Shown: positions 7,854 to 18,438 of the stretch, one piece after another | Layout: each line of letters begins with the position of its first letter | Numbering within the stretch: the first letter of the stretch is position 1 | Assembly: GCA_026414955.1 (NCBI GenBank) | Contig: JAOAIA010000001.1 | Span: forward strand, 1 to 44,257 | Reading direction: 5' to 3' | DNA from: Candidatus Bipolaricaulota bacterium | GTDB lineage: Bacteria > Bipolaricaulota > Bipolaricaulia > RBG-16-55-9 > DRXL01 | Length of the DNA: 44,257 nt | Made by a program: the position numbers and the translations under genes | Notes under the pieces: generated by a model | Seen by the model: only the letters and a program-made list of their open reading frames with translations | Databases searched by the model: none | Told to the model about the DNA's origin: nothing

Positions 7854-8711
7854 ATGCGTCCTATCACGAAGTGCGCTTTAGCTGTCATCGGGGTGGCGCT
7901 CCTTGTGGGAGCGTGGTCTTTGTACGGGCAGCAGACGCTCACTGGACCCCAGATCTTACAGAGAGTCGAAGAGAAGGGCGGCATCGGCGGCCTCGAAGGC
8001 GAGCTGATCAGCGACATCAAGTTCGATATCGTCGGCAAAGACAAGAAGACGGCGACCAACGAATTTCGCTTCATCTCCAAGAGAAAGAAGGGCGAGCCGG
8101 ATCGGCTCTTAGTGGCGTTCGTCAAGCCCGACGACGTGCGCGGCACGCTCTTCTTGAGCATCAAGCCTGAGAACAAGGACGCCGATCTGTGGCTCTATCT
8201 GCCCGCGCTCGGCGCGGTCAAACAGTTAGTCAACACCCAAGAGCGCAAGGGGAGTTTTGCCGGGAGCAACCTCTCGTTCGAAGATTTAGGGAGCGGCTTC
8301 AAGTACAGCGAGAGCTACACCGCTGACGAGAAGGTCACTGAAGAGAAGGTCAAAGTCGGCGATAAAGAGTATAGCACCTATGTGCTGACGCTGCGCGTCA
8401 AGAAAGAGAAAGAGAGAACCGAAGACTACCCCGTGCGCAAGATGTGGGTAGAGAAAACCGAGTTCGTCGTGCTCAAGGGCGAAGCCTACAATAAGACAAA
8501 TAAGCTCGAGACCGTCTTTGAAGCGTTAGCGTTGGGCAAGTTCGAGAACGACACTGTGCCCGATAGAGTCTTAATCAGAAACGTGCTTGATGGCAGCCAG
8601 ACGACCATTAGCTTTGTGACGCGCAAGCGCCCGGCCCAACCGTTGCCGGAGAACCTCTTCGACCCGAATAATTTGAAGAACTTGAAGATTGACGACCTCC
8701 TGAGGCTCTAG
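7854..8711 (+). CDS. LolA-like outer-membrane-lipoprotein-sorting family protein
   Basis: AAGGAGG precedes ATG 7854. The signal peptide is MRPITKCALAVIGVALLVGAWSLYG. LWLYLPALGAVKQL...SFAGSNLSFEDLG matches the motif I recall for LolA_like proteins that accompany COG1033 exporters. Confidence 0.7.
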   Translation: MRPITKCALAVIGVALLVGAWSLYGQQTLTGPQILQRVEEKGGIGGLEGELISDIKFDIVGKDKKTATNEFRFISKRKKGEPDRLLVAFVKPDDVRGTLFLSIKPENKDADLWLYLPALGAVKQLVNTQERKGSFAGSNLSFEDLGSGFKYSESYTADEKVTEEKVKVGDKEYSTYVLTLRVKKEKERTEDYPVRKMWVEKTEFVVLKGEAYNKTNKLETVFEALALGKFENDTVPDRVLIRNVLDGSQTTISFVTRKRPAQPLPENLFDPNNLKNLKIDDLLRL

Positions 8712-8724
8712 CCTAAGCCCTAGT

Positions 8725-8752
8725 GGGACGGTACACCTGCCCGTACCGTTCC
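8725..8752. repeat. palindromic hairpin between convergent genes (possible bidirectional terminator or REP-like unit)
   Basis: GGGACGGTAC-acctgccc-GTACCGTTCC, a 10-bp stem with one mismatch, starts 14 nt after the stop at 8711. Confidence 0.55.
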
Positions 8753-8755
8753 GAA

Positions 8756-8811
8756 GCGAGGACCCCTCAAGGGGGCGGGCCCTCCTCCCCTCCCCCGCCC
8801 CCTTCCCTCGC
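8756..8811. repeat. GC-rich nested palindromic element that encodes the C-terminus of the minus-strand membrane protein
   Basis: The outer stem is GCGAGG/CCTCGC. The inner 11-bp perfect stem is AAGGGGGCGGG (8769-8779)/CCCGCCCCCTT (8794-8804). On the minus strand it translates as ...AREGGGGGEEGPPP*. Confidence 0.65.
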
Positions 8812-9300
8812 TCTCAACCCCTGACGCAACAAGAGCAAGAACACCGCTAAGAAACCAAACGCGAGTAACAAGACCCAGCCAAAGCTCAACGATATCGTGA
8901 CACTCAACGCCGTTGCCCCCAAAATCCCAGAGATTAGCACAATCGCGCCCAGACGCCATAGATGCGTCCGCACTAGTGCATCAGGCACCTCGGAGTAAGG
9001 AGCCAAGCGCCGCGCAAAAAGTTCCGCATCCCACGCGATCAGCCCGCAGAGCGCACTGCCCAAAGCCGCCCACTTATTGAGGATCGTCCCAACCGCGCTC
9101 GCCGCGAGGAGCACGAGCAGATTGACCGACGCGGGCCACGCCCAGCGCCACAAGCTTGTCACCAAGGCGAGAAGCCCTAACGCACCCGCGAGCCCAGCCC
9201 AGAGCCACTCCCCACGCATCAACCAGGTCAACGCTAATATCCCATACCCAAGCAACCAACTCGCCCGCCCTATGCCCCAAAGCACTCTTTGTGCTGTCAT
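8767..9300 (-). CDS. 4-TM membrane protein, last gene of MoxR operon 1
   Basis: MTAQRVLWGIGRASWLLGYGILALTWL... The ATG at 9300 overlaps the DUF58 stop (TAATG). The tail is hydrophobic throughout except for the part derived from the repeat. Confidence 0.6.
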   Translation of the reverse strand: MTAQRVLWGIGRASWLLGYGILALTWLMRGEWLWAGLAGALGLLALVTSLWRWAWPASVNLLVLLAASAVGTILNKWAALGSALCGLIAWDAELFARRLAPYSEVPDALVRTHLWRLGAIVLISGILGATALSVTISLSFGWVLLLAFGFLAVFLLLLRQGLRAREGGGGGEEGPPP

Positions 9301-10649
9301 TATCGAATTGCTCCGCGACGGATGAGCGCCGCTCGCCAAGCCATCCGCCCCAGCTCGCTGCGCAGAACCCCGGCTAACGGCTGAGAGACATCCCAGTCCA
9401 CGACGCGAATCCCCGCGCGGCGCACCTGCGCCAGCAGCGCCCGACGCCGCAAATACTCTAGTCTGAGGGCCAATTCTGTCTCCGGCGCTCGCGCTACGAA
9501 TGCGCTCTCAAACAGCACGGGATTGGGAGCGACGCAGAGCACTTCGTAGCGCAGGCGCAGATCAACAATGGTCTTGACGTCGGATTCCAAAATCGGGCCG
9601 ACGAAGACCAACTGCGAGCCTGCAGGCAGTAATCGTGTTGGCAGGTTCTCTAAGTCCTCGAAGACGGCCTTATCGCCCTTTTCAGCCGAGGCGATAGCTC
9701 GCGAGAGCTTCTCCCGCTGCCAGCGCCCAAACCCCGGCCAGGTCCAGTCCAAATACTTCCCGTAGATGAGCAGCCCGACCCTGTTGCCCTGAGCCGTGAA
9801 GTACTGAGCTAATGAGAGCGCCGCGCGCACGCTGTGCTCGAAGAGCGAGGAGGCCCTCACCCCCAGGCCCTCTCCCGTTCTACGGGAGAGGGGTGGCGTA
9901 GCCAGGGTGAGGGCCACGACATCGCTGCGCTCGCGCGCATCTAAGAGAATAATCACGTCGGCGACGCGCTCCTGCTCAAACTCGTTCACAATCAGCCGAT
10001 CTTTGCGCGCCGTCGCCTTCCAATTGATATACCGGCGCTCGTCGCCGGGATAGTATTCTCTCACCCCGAAGAACTCTATCCCCGTGCCGCCCAGACGCGC
10101 TTTAATTTGCCCGGAGAAGATGCGCGTCCGCCGAGGACGGATGAGAATCTCATCGAGCCGCTCAAACGTCGGGACGATCAATAATTCGCTCTCACACGGG
10201 AGTTTCATTCTCTCGACGAACAACCCCAAGGTATCCGTGGCTGTGACTGCAAGCTCTTCCCAGCGGGCGAGGCCGCGCATACCCGTCACCGTGTACTCAA
10301 GGGCAATCGTCGCTCCCGCGGGGATGGCCTCAACCTTGGTGGGACTTTGAGAGCGCACGGTGAGCTGCGAAGGGACTGTATCGGCCAGCTCGACGAGGTC
10401 GAGCTTCGGCCCAAGATTTTTAAGCTCGACGCGCACTGTTACTCTCTCTTCGCTCGCGACGCGCTGGCCGCTCAGGCTGCGGTGCACTTTCAAAGTAATC
10501 TGGGGCAGGGCGAAATATGACCCAAGGGCAAGATAGCAGATCAACGGGAGCGCCACGACTAAGAGTTCCCCCTGGCGCAGGATCTCGCCGATCAGAATCA
10601 AGAGAAACGCTGCGCCACCGAGAAAGGCCCAGCGGCGCGGACCAAGCAT
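9300..10649 (-). CDS. DUF58-family protein (MoxR partner)
   Basis: Two N-terminal TM segments are followed by GIEFFGVREYYPGDERRYINWKATARKDRLIVNEFEQE, the DUF58 signature. ATG 10649 lies 2 nt after the MoxR stop. Confidence 0.8.
   Translation of the reverse strand: MLGPRRWAFLGGAAFLLILIGEILRQGELLVVALPLICYLALGSYFALPQITLKVHRSLSGQRVASEERVTVRVELKNLGPKLDLVELADTVPSQLTVRSQSPTKVEAIPAGATIALEYTVTGMRGLARWEELAVTATDTLGLFVERMKLPCESELLIVPTFERLDEILIRPRRTRIFSGQIKARLGGTGIEFFGVREYYPGDERRYINWKATARKDRLIVNEFEQERVADVIILLDARERSDVVALTLATPPLSRRTGEGLGVRASSLFEHSVRAALSLAQYFTAQGNRVGLLIYGKYLDWTWPGFGRWQREKLSRAIASAEKGDKAVFEDLENLPTRLLPAGSQLVFVGPILESDVKTIVDLRLRYEVLCVAPNPVLFESAFVARAPETELALRLEYLRRRALLAQVRRAGIRVVDWDVSQPLAGVLRSELGRMAWRAALIRRGAIR
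9852..9915. repeat. GC-rich nested palindromic element, family B copy (in-frame in DUF58)
   Basis: GGCCCTCACCC-ccagg-CCCTCTCCCG-ttcta-CGGGAGAGGG-gtggcgtagcca-GGGTGAGGGCC, with perfect 11-bp outer and 10-bp inner stems. It encodes ...ATPPLSRRTGEGLGVRA... Confidence 0.8.
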
Positions 10650-10651
10650 AC

Positions 10652-11605
10652 TCACTCTATCTTCGGTACAGGGACGCGCTCTAATATTTCTGAGACGATA
10701 TCGCGCTCGGAGAGCTTCTTCATCCATAGTTCGGGTTGTAAGATCAATCTATGGGCGAGCGCCGCATGAGCTATAGACTTGACATCGTCGGGGATCACAT
10801 AATCGCGCCCCTCTAGGGCTGCTCGCGCACGCGATAACTTCAGCAACGCTAATGAGCCGCGCGGACTGGCCCCGACTAAGACCCTCCCATCGGCGCGCGT
10901 CGCCCGCACCAGCTCGACGATATATCGCTCGATATCCGGGTGCACGAAGACCGTCTCTAGCGCGTGGCGCATCGCCAGCAGCTCTTCAGAGTTTAAGACT
11001 CTCTGAAGCTGCGGCTCGTCAGCACCGCGCTCGCGGCGGCGTCTCAAGATCTCTTGCTCGTGCTCCGCCGACGGATACCCCAGCGACAGCCGCACCATAA
11101 ATCTGTCAAGCTGCGCTTCAGGCAGAGGGAACGTCCCTTCAAATTCGATGGGGTTCTGCGTGGCCATCACAATGAACGGGTGGGGCAGGGGGAGTGTCTG
11201 CCCTTCCAAGGTCACGTGAAACTCCTGCATCGCTTCCAGAAGCGCCGATTGTGTCTTCGGCGACGCGCGGTTGATCTCATCGGCTAAGATCAGGTTGGCA
11301 AAGATCGGCCCTGGGCGCAGCTCGAAGCGCCCACTATGACGTTCATAAATATACGTCCCGGTGATGTCGCCGGGCAAGAGATCGGGTGTGAACTGAATTC
11401 GCTTAAATTCCAAGCCCAACACCGCTGCGAAGCTCTTCGCTGTAAGCGTTTTTGCTAAGCCTGGTAGATCCTCAAAGAGAATATGTCCGCCCGCAAGCAC
11501 GGTGATCAAGACTTGCTCTAATACGGCACGCTTGCCGATGACGGCCTTCTCGACTTCATCTAAGATCTTCTGTGCGTTCTCCGCGATGGTCGCGACGGCG
11601 TTCAT
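10652..11605 (-). CDS. MoxR-family AAA+ ATPase
   Basis: Walker A is DLPGLAKT and Walker B is LILADEINRASPKTQSALLEAMQE. QNPIEFEGTFPLPEAQLDRF is also present. Confidence 0.9.
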   Translation of the reverse strand: MNAVATIAENAQKILDEVEKAVIGKRAVLEQVLITVLAGGHILFEDLPGLAKTLTAKSFAAVLGLEFKRIQFTPDLLPGDITGTYIYERHSGRFELRPGPIFANLILADEINRASPKTQSALLEAMQEFHVTLEGQTLPLPHPFIVMATQNPIEFEGTFPLPEAQLDRFMVRLSLGYPSAEHEQEILRRRRERGADEPQLQRVLNSEELLAMRHALETVFVHPDIERYIVELVRATRADGRVLVGASPRGSLALLKLSRARAALEGRDYVIPDDVKSIAHAALAHRLILQPELWMKKLSERDIVSEILERVPVPKIE

Positions 11606-12212
11606 AAGCCTCCCCCGCGAAGTGCTCTAAAATATTCGTAAGCTGCGAGATCTCGTGAAGGCGGCGCGCCCGCTGCTGGATAGAGATAGGCAGATGCTCA
11701 CGAAGCCAGAGCCAGCCCCGCTCTGTCGCTGATGTGGGAAACTCTAGCTCCAGGGCGTCATAGAGGTCAGGCAGGATCTCCTTGAAGCGCCGCCGCGCCT
11801 CGCCCTCAGCAATGTCCTCACGCACGACGATCCAGTGGAGAGCGATCTCGCCCACGGCGCGATGCAGATTCCAGCGCGCCAGCTCCCCATGACACGCCAG
11901 CTCGATCTTGCGCGCCAGCGCCTGCACCGGCCCAGTAAGAGTGCTTCGCTCTTCCTCACGAGCTTGGTGACGCCCGCGCAGCACCAAGTCTATAATCACG
12001 TAGTAGACGCTCAGACCCCCAATGACTAAAAAGACCATCCAGACCAAGCCGAAGGGCAGGCTCTCTAGGCGCAGCTTCCACAGCCATAGCTCGTACACAA
12101 TATAGCGCAAAAACTTCTCGCGCAGCACCTCACCGTAGAGGAGCGTCAGCGCTATCGCGAGAGCTAAAAGCGCAAGCCCGATCCAGAACCATCGCTGCTT
12201 TAAGATTCTCAT
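11556..12212 (-). CDS. membrane protein of unknown function (3 TM plus cytoplasmic helical domain)
   Basis: MRILKQRWFWIGLALLALAIALTLLYG... It makes a 4-nt overlap with the upstream gene and a 50-nt overlap with the moxR start. Confidence 0.5.
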   Translation of the reverse strand: MRILKQRWFWIGLALLALAIALTLLYGEVLREKFLRYIVYELWLWKLRLESLPFGLVWMVFLVIGGLSVYYVIIDLVLRGRHQAREEERSTLTGPVQALARKIELACHGELARWNLHRAVGEIALHWIVVREDIAEGEARRRFKEILPDLYDALELEFPTSATERGWLWLREHLPISIQQRARRLHEISQLTNILEHFAGEAYERRRDHRGERTEDLR

Positions 12213-13111
12213 GCGGGATGGGGCACCTCAAGAGGCCCTCTCTTGTCTCCGTAGAGGCGCGCGATCTCCTCTAAGAGTTGAATCGCTTCGCGTTCTTGCT
12301 CCGGCGTGGGGCGTGCGGGGCTGTAGCGCGCCCACTCGAAGAGCCGCGACAGCCGGATAATATGCCCTTCGAGCACCCCGATCTGTGCCAGCCTGCTCTC
12401 GAACTCCCGCGCGGTCATGGCGCGCGAAATTTCTAGATGAAATCGCTCGCTCACGAGATGGCACATCTCGCGGTAGCATCGCAGGATCGTCTCGTGCACC
12501 GGCGCGCCATAGCGCAGCTCTTGGGCGTATTGTTTAGAGAGAGCGGCAAGCTCTTCGGCAGCAGTCGGTTGGGCGCGCGCCCGCCATAAACGCCATACTA
12601 TGAAGATCGTCACCCCCAGTGCAAGCAGAGCTAGGAGCACGAAGAGAAATATACCCCACGGGGGGACGTGCACTTGTTCTAGCGTAGGGAAGGGCTGAGT
12701 CGGCTCCTCAGGGAGAACGCCCGTTCCTGGAGGAGCACCCTCTGGCTCTGTGAAGAAGGGCCGGTCGCGCCAGCGCATCAGAATCAATAAGATCGCAGCG
12801 AACCAAACCGCTGCGGGGATGGCGCGCTTGAGGGCCTCCCACAGGCTCCTCGGCCACAAGATGACCGAGATGAGAGAGATCACTACCAAAGTTCCCAGAA
12901 AGACGATCAGGACTTGTTCCCAAAACGACGAGAGATTCTGCTCTGGCGGCTGAGGGCGCGACAGCACCCTCGATGACCCTTCTGAAGATTCCGGCGGCGG
13001 GCCGTAGCGCGTTCCGACAAACGAAACCCGCGACAGCCCCGCGGCCAACAGCACCAGCGCGAGCACAGCAACAACGGGAATCACCAAGCGCCATTTGGTG
13101 AACATAATCAT
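12209..13111 (-). CDS. DUF4129-like membrane protein
   Basis: TM segments are followed by a C-terminal TAREFESRLAQ...LSRLFEWARYSPARPT pattern that I associate with DUF4129, which often occurs next to MoxR/DUF58. An SD CAGGAG precedes ATG 13111. Confidence 0.6.
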   Translation of the reverse strand: MIMFTKWRLVIPVVAVLALVLLAAGLSRVSFVGTRYGPPPESSEGSSRVLSRPQPPEQNLSSFWEQVLIVFLGTLVVISLISVILWPRSLWEALKRAIPAAVWFAAILLILMRWRDRPFFTEPEGAPPGTGVLPEEPTQPFPTLEQVHVPPWGIFLFVLLALLALGVTIFIVWRLWRARAQPTAAEELAALSKQYAQELRYGAPVHETILRCYREMCHLVSERFHLEISRAMTAREFESRLAQIGVLEGHIIRLSRLFEWARYSPARPTPEQEREAIQLLEEIARLYGDKRGPLEVPHPA

Positions 13112-13164
13112 CTCAGCTCCTGAAGTCGCCGGCTCAGGAGAGGCAAGCGCGCTGCAGCACGCTC

Positions 13165-14934
<1,770 letters not shown>

Positions 14935-14962
14935 ACTCTATCTATCTCCCTTTCTGGTGTTT

Positions 14963-15058
14963 GAATCGCGGAAAGCACGGCAGGATCACGGAAGACGCGG
15001 AAGACGACAAAGGCTTTTTTCCGCGCTCTCCGTGGCCATTCCGTGTGCTCCGCGATTC
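14963..15058 (-). repeat. 96-nt rod-like imperfect palindrome in the aspS leader
   Basis: The outer arms are GAATCGCGGA (14963-14972)/TCCGCGATTC (15049-15058). The inner paired blocks are CACGGA/TCCGTG and CGCGGAA/TTCCGCG. It contains the tandem CGGAAGACG x2. Confidence 0.6.
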
Positions 15059-15068
15059 ACAATATCCC

Positions 15069-15734
15069 TCACACTTTGCGTACTGCCACCACATACGTCA
15101 CCAGCCCCAGCGTGTCGTCGAGCGTAACGTCATGAGAGAGATTGCGTCGGCACCACTGGGCCATATCTTCAGGCGCCACGGTGAAATCTGAAGATTCTTG
15201 GCGTCGGCCCGGAGCCAAGTGCGTGAAGACTAAGCCCGCGCGTGCTACGCGGAAGAGCTCCCTCAAGAGCGCGTTCATATACCCGAATGGGTCGTCGCTG
15301 ATGGGATAGCCCAAGACACTGAGCAAGAAGACGATATCAAATTCGTTCTCAGCAAACGGCTGTGCCAGCACGTCACGGCGCTCAAAGTACGGCCCAAAAC
15401 GCTTGATCGCGCCCGAGACCATCTTCTCACTCAAATCCACCCCTACATACGAGCGATAGCGCACCCCGTGCGCGTCCAGATATTTCTTGAGATACCCCAA
15501 CCCGCAGCCGACGTCCAAGATCGTCCGATCTGTCAGATCAAACTTCTCTACAGCGTGCTGGAAGATCTTCTGCTGCACGGCTTCGTCGGGGTACTCCAAG
15601 ACCGCCATGTCGTCGCCGGCTAAGACGATATTGCGCGCGTCGAAGAACGCCGCGTACTCGTAGTGATCGCGAAAGCGCTTCGGCTTATACAGCGCCATGC
15701 GCCGCCGCACACGACTCCAGAGCTTCGAGAGCAT
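15069..15734 (-). CDS. class I SAM-dependent methyltransferase
   Basis: Motif I is [11 protein letters not shown], and the downstream acidic and aromatic motifs are spaced as in Rossmann methyltransferases. Confidence 0.75.
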   Translation of the reverse strand: MLSKLWSRVRRRMALYKPKRFRDHYEYAAFFDARNIVLAGDDMAVLEYPDEAVQQKIFQHAVEKFDLTDRTILDVGCGLGYLKKYLDAHGVRYRSYVGVDLSEKMVSGAIKRFGPYFERRDVLAQPFAENEFDIVFLLSVLGYPISDDPFGYMNALLRELFRVARAGLVFTHLAPGRRQESSDFTVAPEDMAQWCRRNLSHDVTLDDTLGLVTYVVAVRKV

Positions 15735-15749
15735 AGAGTGATTATATCG

Positions 15750-16907
15750 CTAGTGGCACTTGTGAGCTATCTCGGCGACAGACGCCTCATGGAGCGCACC
15801 AAAGTCCGTACCGTTTTGGCTTACAGCCGTCTCACGACACTCCCTAATATTTTCGGCGCTGAACGCCCACAGCCCGTAATTGCGATTGTTCCTGATCTCT
15901 ACGCGGGTGAGCCAGACTGTGATGTCGCTGTGGGCGATCTCCGCGCCGTTACTGCCGTTGCCTTCTAAAAGAACGTTGCGCAGCGTCAATTCGATCTTGC
16001 CCTCGGCGTCAATGCCGTCGTCGCGGAAGTTACGCACCGTGAGATTCTCTAGAAAGACGGTGCTCTGGCCACGCACGGTGATCCCGTCAACGTCCCCTAA
16101 GCCTGTGCCGTCAAGAATAACTTCGTCGCGACTGGCCCCGCGAATTCTTATGTTCTTATCACGAATCGTTAAGAACTCTTTGTACACCCCCGGCGCGACG
16201 AAGATCGCGCCCTCTCCCACAAGCAAGCCCGCTGGAACGTGCTCATTGACGTCACCCAAGCCGTTGAGGCCCATGCTTGCTTGCCAGGCGTCAATCGCTG
16301 CTTGAATAGTAGGAAAATCGTCAGGGACGCGCGAGCCGCTGCGATTGCCCTCACCGGAGAGCTGCGAGGTGCTATCAGCACGAATGCCGTAGCCCTTGTT
16401 GCCCCCGATAGTATTCTGAGAGATCTGCACCTGCGAAGCTTCGATGAAGACGCCGTCGCCGGCGTTCCCTGTGATCGTATTTCCCACCACAGAGATCTCT
16501 TGGCTGCTGATCACGGCGACCCCAACGTCTGCGCTTCCTGAGATCGTATTGGCCTTCAGGGTCACGCGGCGGCTGAGCGCGATCCCCACAGCTCCGTGTA
16601 CTGCCAGGGATGTAATCGAGACGTTTTCAGTCTTGGCGATGTTGATCTGCCCCTCAAGCCGAGCACCTTCGGAGCCGACGATCTGTATGGGCTTGGCGAT
16701 CAGAATGTTCTCCCGATACGTCCCAGATCGGATGTGGAGCGTGCTCCCACTGCGCGCGGCGTCAATAGCTTTTTGAATCTGCGCAAACGCGCACCCCGAC
16801 GGACAAATTGTCAGATTCTGCGGCGAGACGAACAACACCCAGACCGTTACACCTATCCCGACCACAGCTATAGCCCCAACTCCGACGACTAGCCAACGAC
16901 GAGGCAT
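15750..16907 (-). CDS. membrane-anchored right-handed parallel beta-helix repeat protein (NosD/pectate-lyase-like)
   Basis: The TM anchor MPRRWLVVGVGAIAVVGIGVTVWVLF is followed by repeated xNxIxGNxxxGI units (NTISGSADVGVAV, NTITGNAGDGVFI, NTIGGNKGYGIRA). ATG 16907 lies 10 nt after the ALDH stop. Confidence 0.65.
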   Translation of the reverse strand: MPRRWLVVGVGAIAVVGIGVTVWVLFVSPQNLTICPSGCAFAQIQKAIDAARSGSTLHIRSGTYRENILIAKPIQIVGSEGARLEGQINIAKTENVSITSLAVHGAVGIALSRRVTLKANTISGSADVGVAVISSQEISVVGNTITGNAGDGVFIEASQVQISQNTIGGNKGYGIRADSTSQLSGEGNRSGSRVPDDFPTIQAAIDAWQASMGLNGLGDVNEHVPAGLLVGEGAIFVAPGVYKEFLTIRDKNIRIRGASRDEVILDGTGLGDVDGITVRGQSTVFLENLTVRNFRDDGIDAEGKIELTLRNVLLEGNGSNGAEIAHSDITVWLTRVEIRNNRNYGLWAFSAENIRECRETAVSQNGTDFGALHEASVAEIAHKCH

Positions 16908-16917
16908 ACTGAGTCTC

Positions 16918-18438
16918 TTACCTCCGCGATGAGAATTTTTCGCGCAGACCTCGACGATACAACAATCGAATCGCTTTGGCAACCCAACGCGCGACTCTTT
17001 CGCTATACGGATACCAGAACAATTCACGCTTCAGCCCAAATCTATCTACGACGACCGTCTGCGGCCACGTGAATTGTCGTAGGCCCCATTCTCCGTGACG
17101 GCGCCCCAGCCCGCTCTGCTTGGCCCCGCCGTAGGGCGCTTCGAGAATCGCAAAGTTCGTGATGCAGTCATTGACGCAGACATTGCCCGCTTCTATATGC
17201 CGCGCCAGCTTCACCCCCAAAGATTTGTCTTTGGTAAAGACGCTCGCAGCAAGCCCGTAGATCGAGTCGTTCGCTAGCTGTAAAGCTTCTTCGGCGGAGT
17301 TGACTTTCATAAGGGGGATGACCGGCCCGAACGTCTCTTCCCGCATGATCTGCATTGAATGATCTACGTTGACCAAGACCGTCGGCTCATAAAAAAGCCC
17401 GTCTTTACGCCTTCCCCCGAGGAGAATCTTCGCGCCCTTTTCGACCGCATCGCGAATATGCCGTTCTACGGTCTCCAACTGTTTGGGCATCGTCAACGGC
17501 CCAATGTCGACTTCGCCAAAGCGCTTTTCAGCGCCCTGACGCAGATTCTTCACCTTCTCGACGACTCGGCTGACGAACTCGTCGTAGACCGGCGCTTCGA
17601 CGTAGACGCGCTCCACGGACATGCACATCTGCCCCGCGTTGCTCAGTGCCCCCCAGACGCAGGCGTTCGCGGCGCGCTCTAGGTCTGCGTCTTTCAAGAC
17701 GATCATCGGGTCTTTGCCGCCCAGTTCTAATAATACCGGGATCAGTCGCTGGGCCGCGCGCTCCGCGACTTTCTTGCCCGTTGCGACCGATCCCGTGAAC
17801 GCGATCCCGTCGCAGTGATCTACCAAGGCTGCGCCGGTGTCGCCGTAGCCGCAGAGCGTCTGCAGGACGTTTTCGGGCAAGCCCACTTCGCGAAAGACGC
17901 GCTCGACGAGCAACCCCGTCAACGGCGTATATTCTGACGGCTTCAAAATAACAGTATTGCCGGCGATGAGCGCGGGGACGACGTCGCCCAGTGTCAACGT
18001 GAACGGGAAATTCCACGGCGAGATCACCCCGACGACGCCCAACGGCTGATAGATCACAAAGACGCGCTTAGTCTTCAACAGATGTGGGCTACGGATCTCG
18101 TCTTTAAGATAGCGTTCGGCGTTTTTCGCGTAGTAGCCGAGCAGATCGCAGCAGTAGAAGACTTCGGCGACGAGGGCTTCGGTGCGGGGTTTTCCGGTCT
18201 CTGAGCAGATCGTCTCGATGACGTCGTCGTGGTGGTCTACGATCCAATCGCGGGCGGCGTAGAGATAGCGTGCCCGCTGGGCGACCGAAAACTGACGCCA
18301 CAGTTGGAACGCCTGGCGCGCGCGGCTGACCGCTTCTCCTACGGCTTCCGGTGGTGTGATCGGCACGTCGGCGATCTTTGCTCCGGTTGCGGGGTTGAAG
18401 ACCTCGAGATGCCGTTGTGTGCTTATTGAGATTCCCAT
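16918..18438 (-). CDS. NAD(P)-dependent aldehyde dehydrogenase family protein
   Basis: ISPWNFPF, FTGSVATGKKV, ELGGKDP and the catalytic-Cys region GQMCMSVERVYV are all present. Confidence 0.9.
   Translation of the reverse strand: MGISISTQRHLEVFNPATGAKIADVPITPPEAVGEAVSRARQAFQLWRQFSVAQRARYLYAARDWIVDHHDDVIETICSETGKPRTEALVAEVFYCCDLLGYYAKNAERYLKDEIRSPHLLKTKRVFVIYQPLGVVGVISPWNFPFTLTLGDVVPALIAGNTVILKPSEYTPLTGLLVERVFREVGLPENVLQTLCGYGDTGAALVDHCDGIAFTGSVATGKKVAERAAQRLIPVLLELGGKDPMIVLKDADLERAANACVWGALSNAGQMCMSVERVYVEAPVYDEFVSRVVEKVKNLRQGAEKRFGEVDIGPLTMPKQLETVERHIRDAVEKGAKILLGGRRKDGLFYEPTVLVNVDHSMQIMREETFGPVIPLMKVNSAEEALQLANDSIYGLAASVFTKDKSLGVKLARHIEAGNVCVNDCITNFAILEAPYGGAKQSGLGRRHGEWGLRQFTWPQTVVVDRFGLKRELFWYPYSERVARWVAKAIRLLYRRGLREKFSSRR

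Noticed and set aside
14935-15068. A T-box riboswitch upstream of aspS.
   Set aside because: I found no T-box consensus (AAUUAGGGUGGUACCGCG-like) or specifier-loop architecture. The structure is a simple long hairpin.
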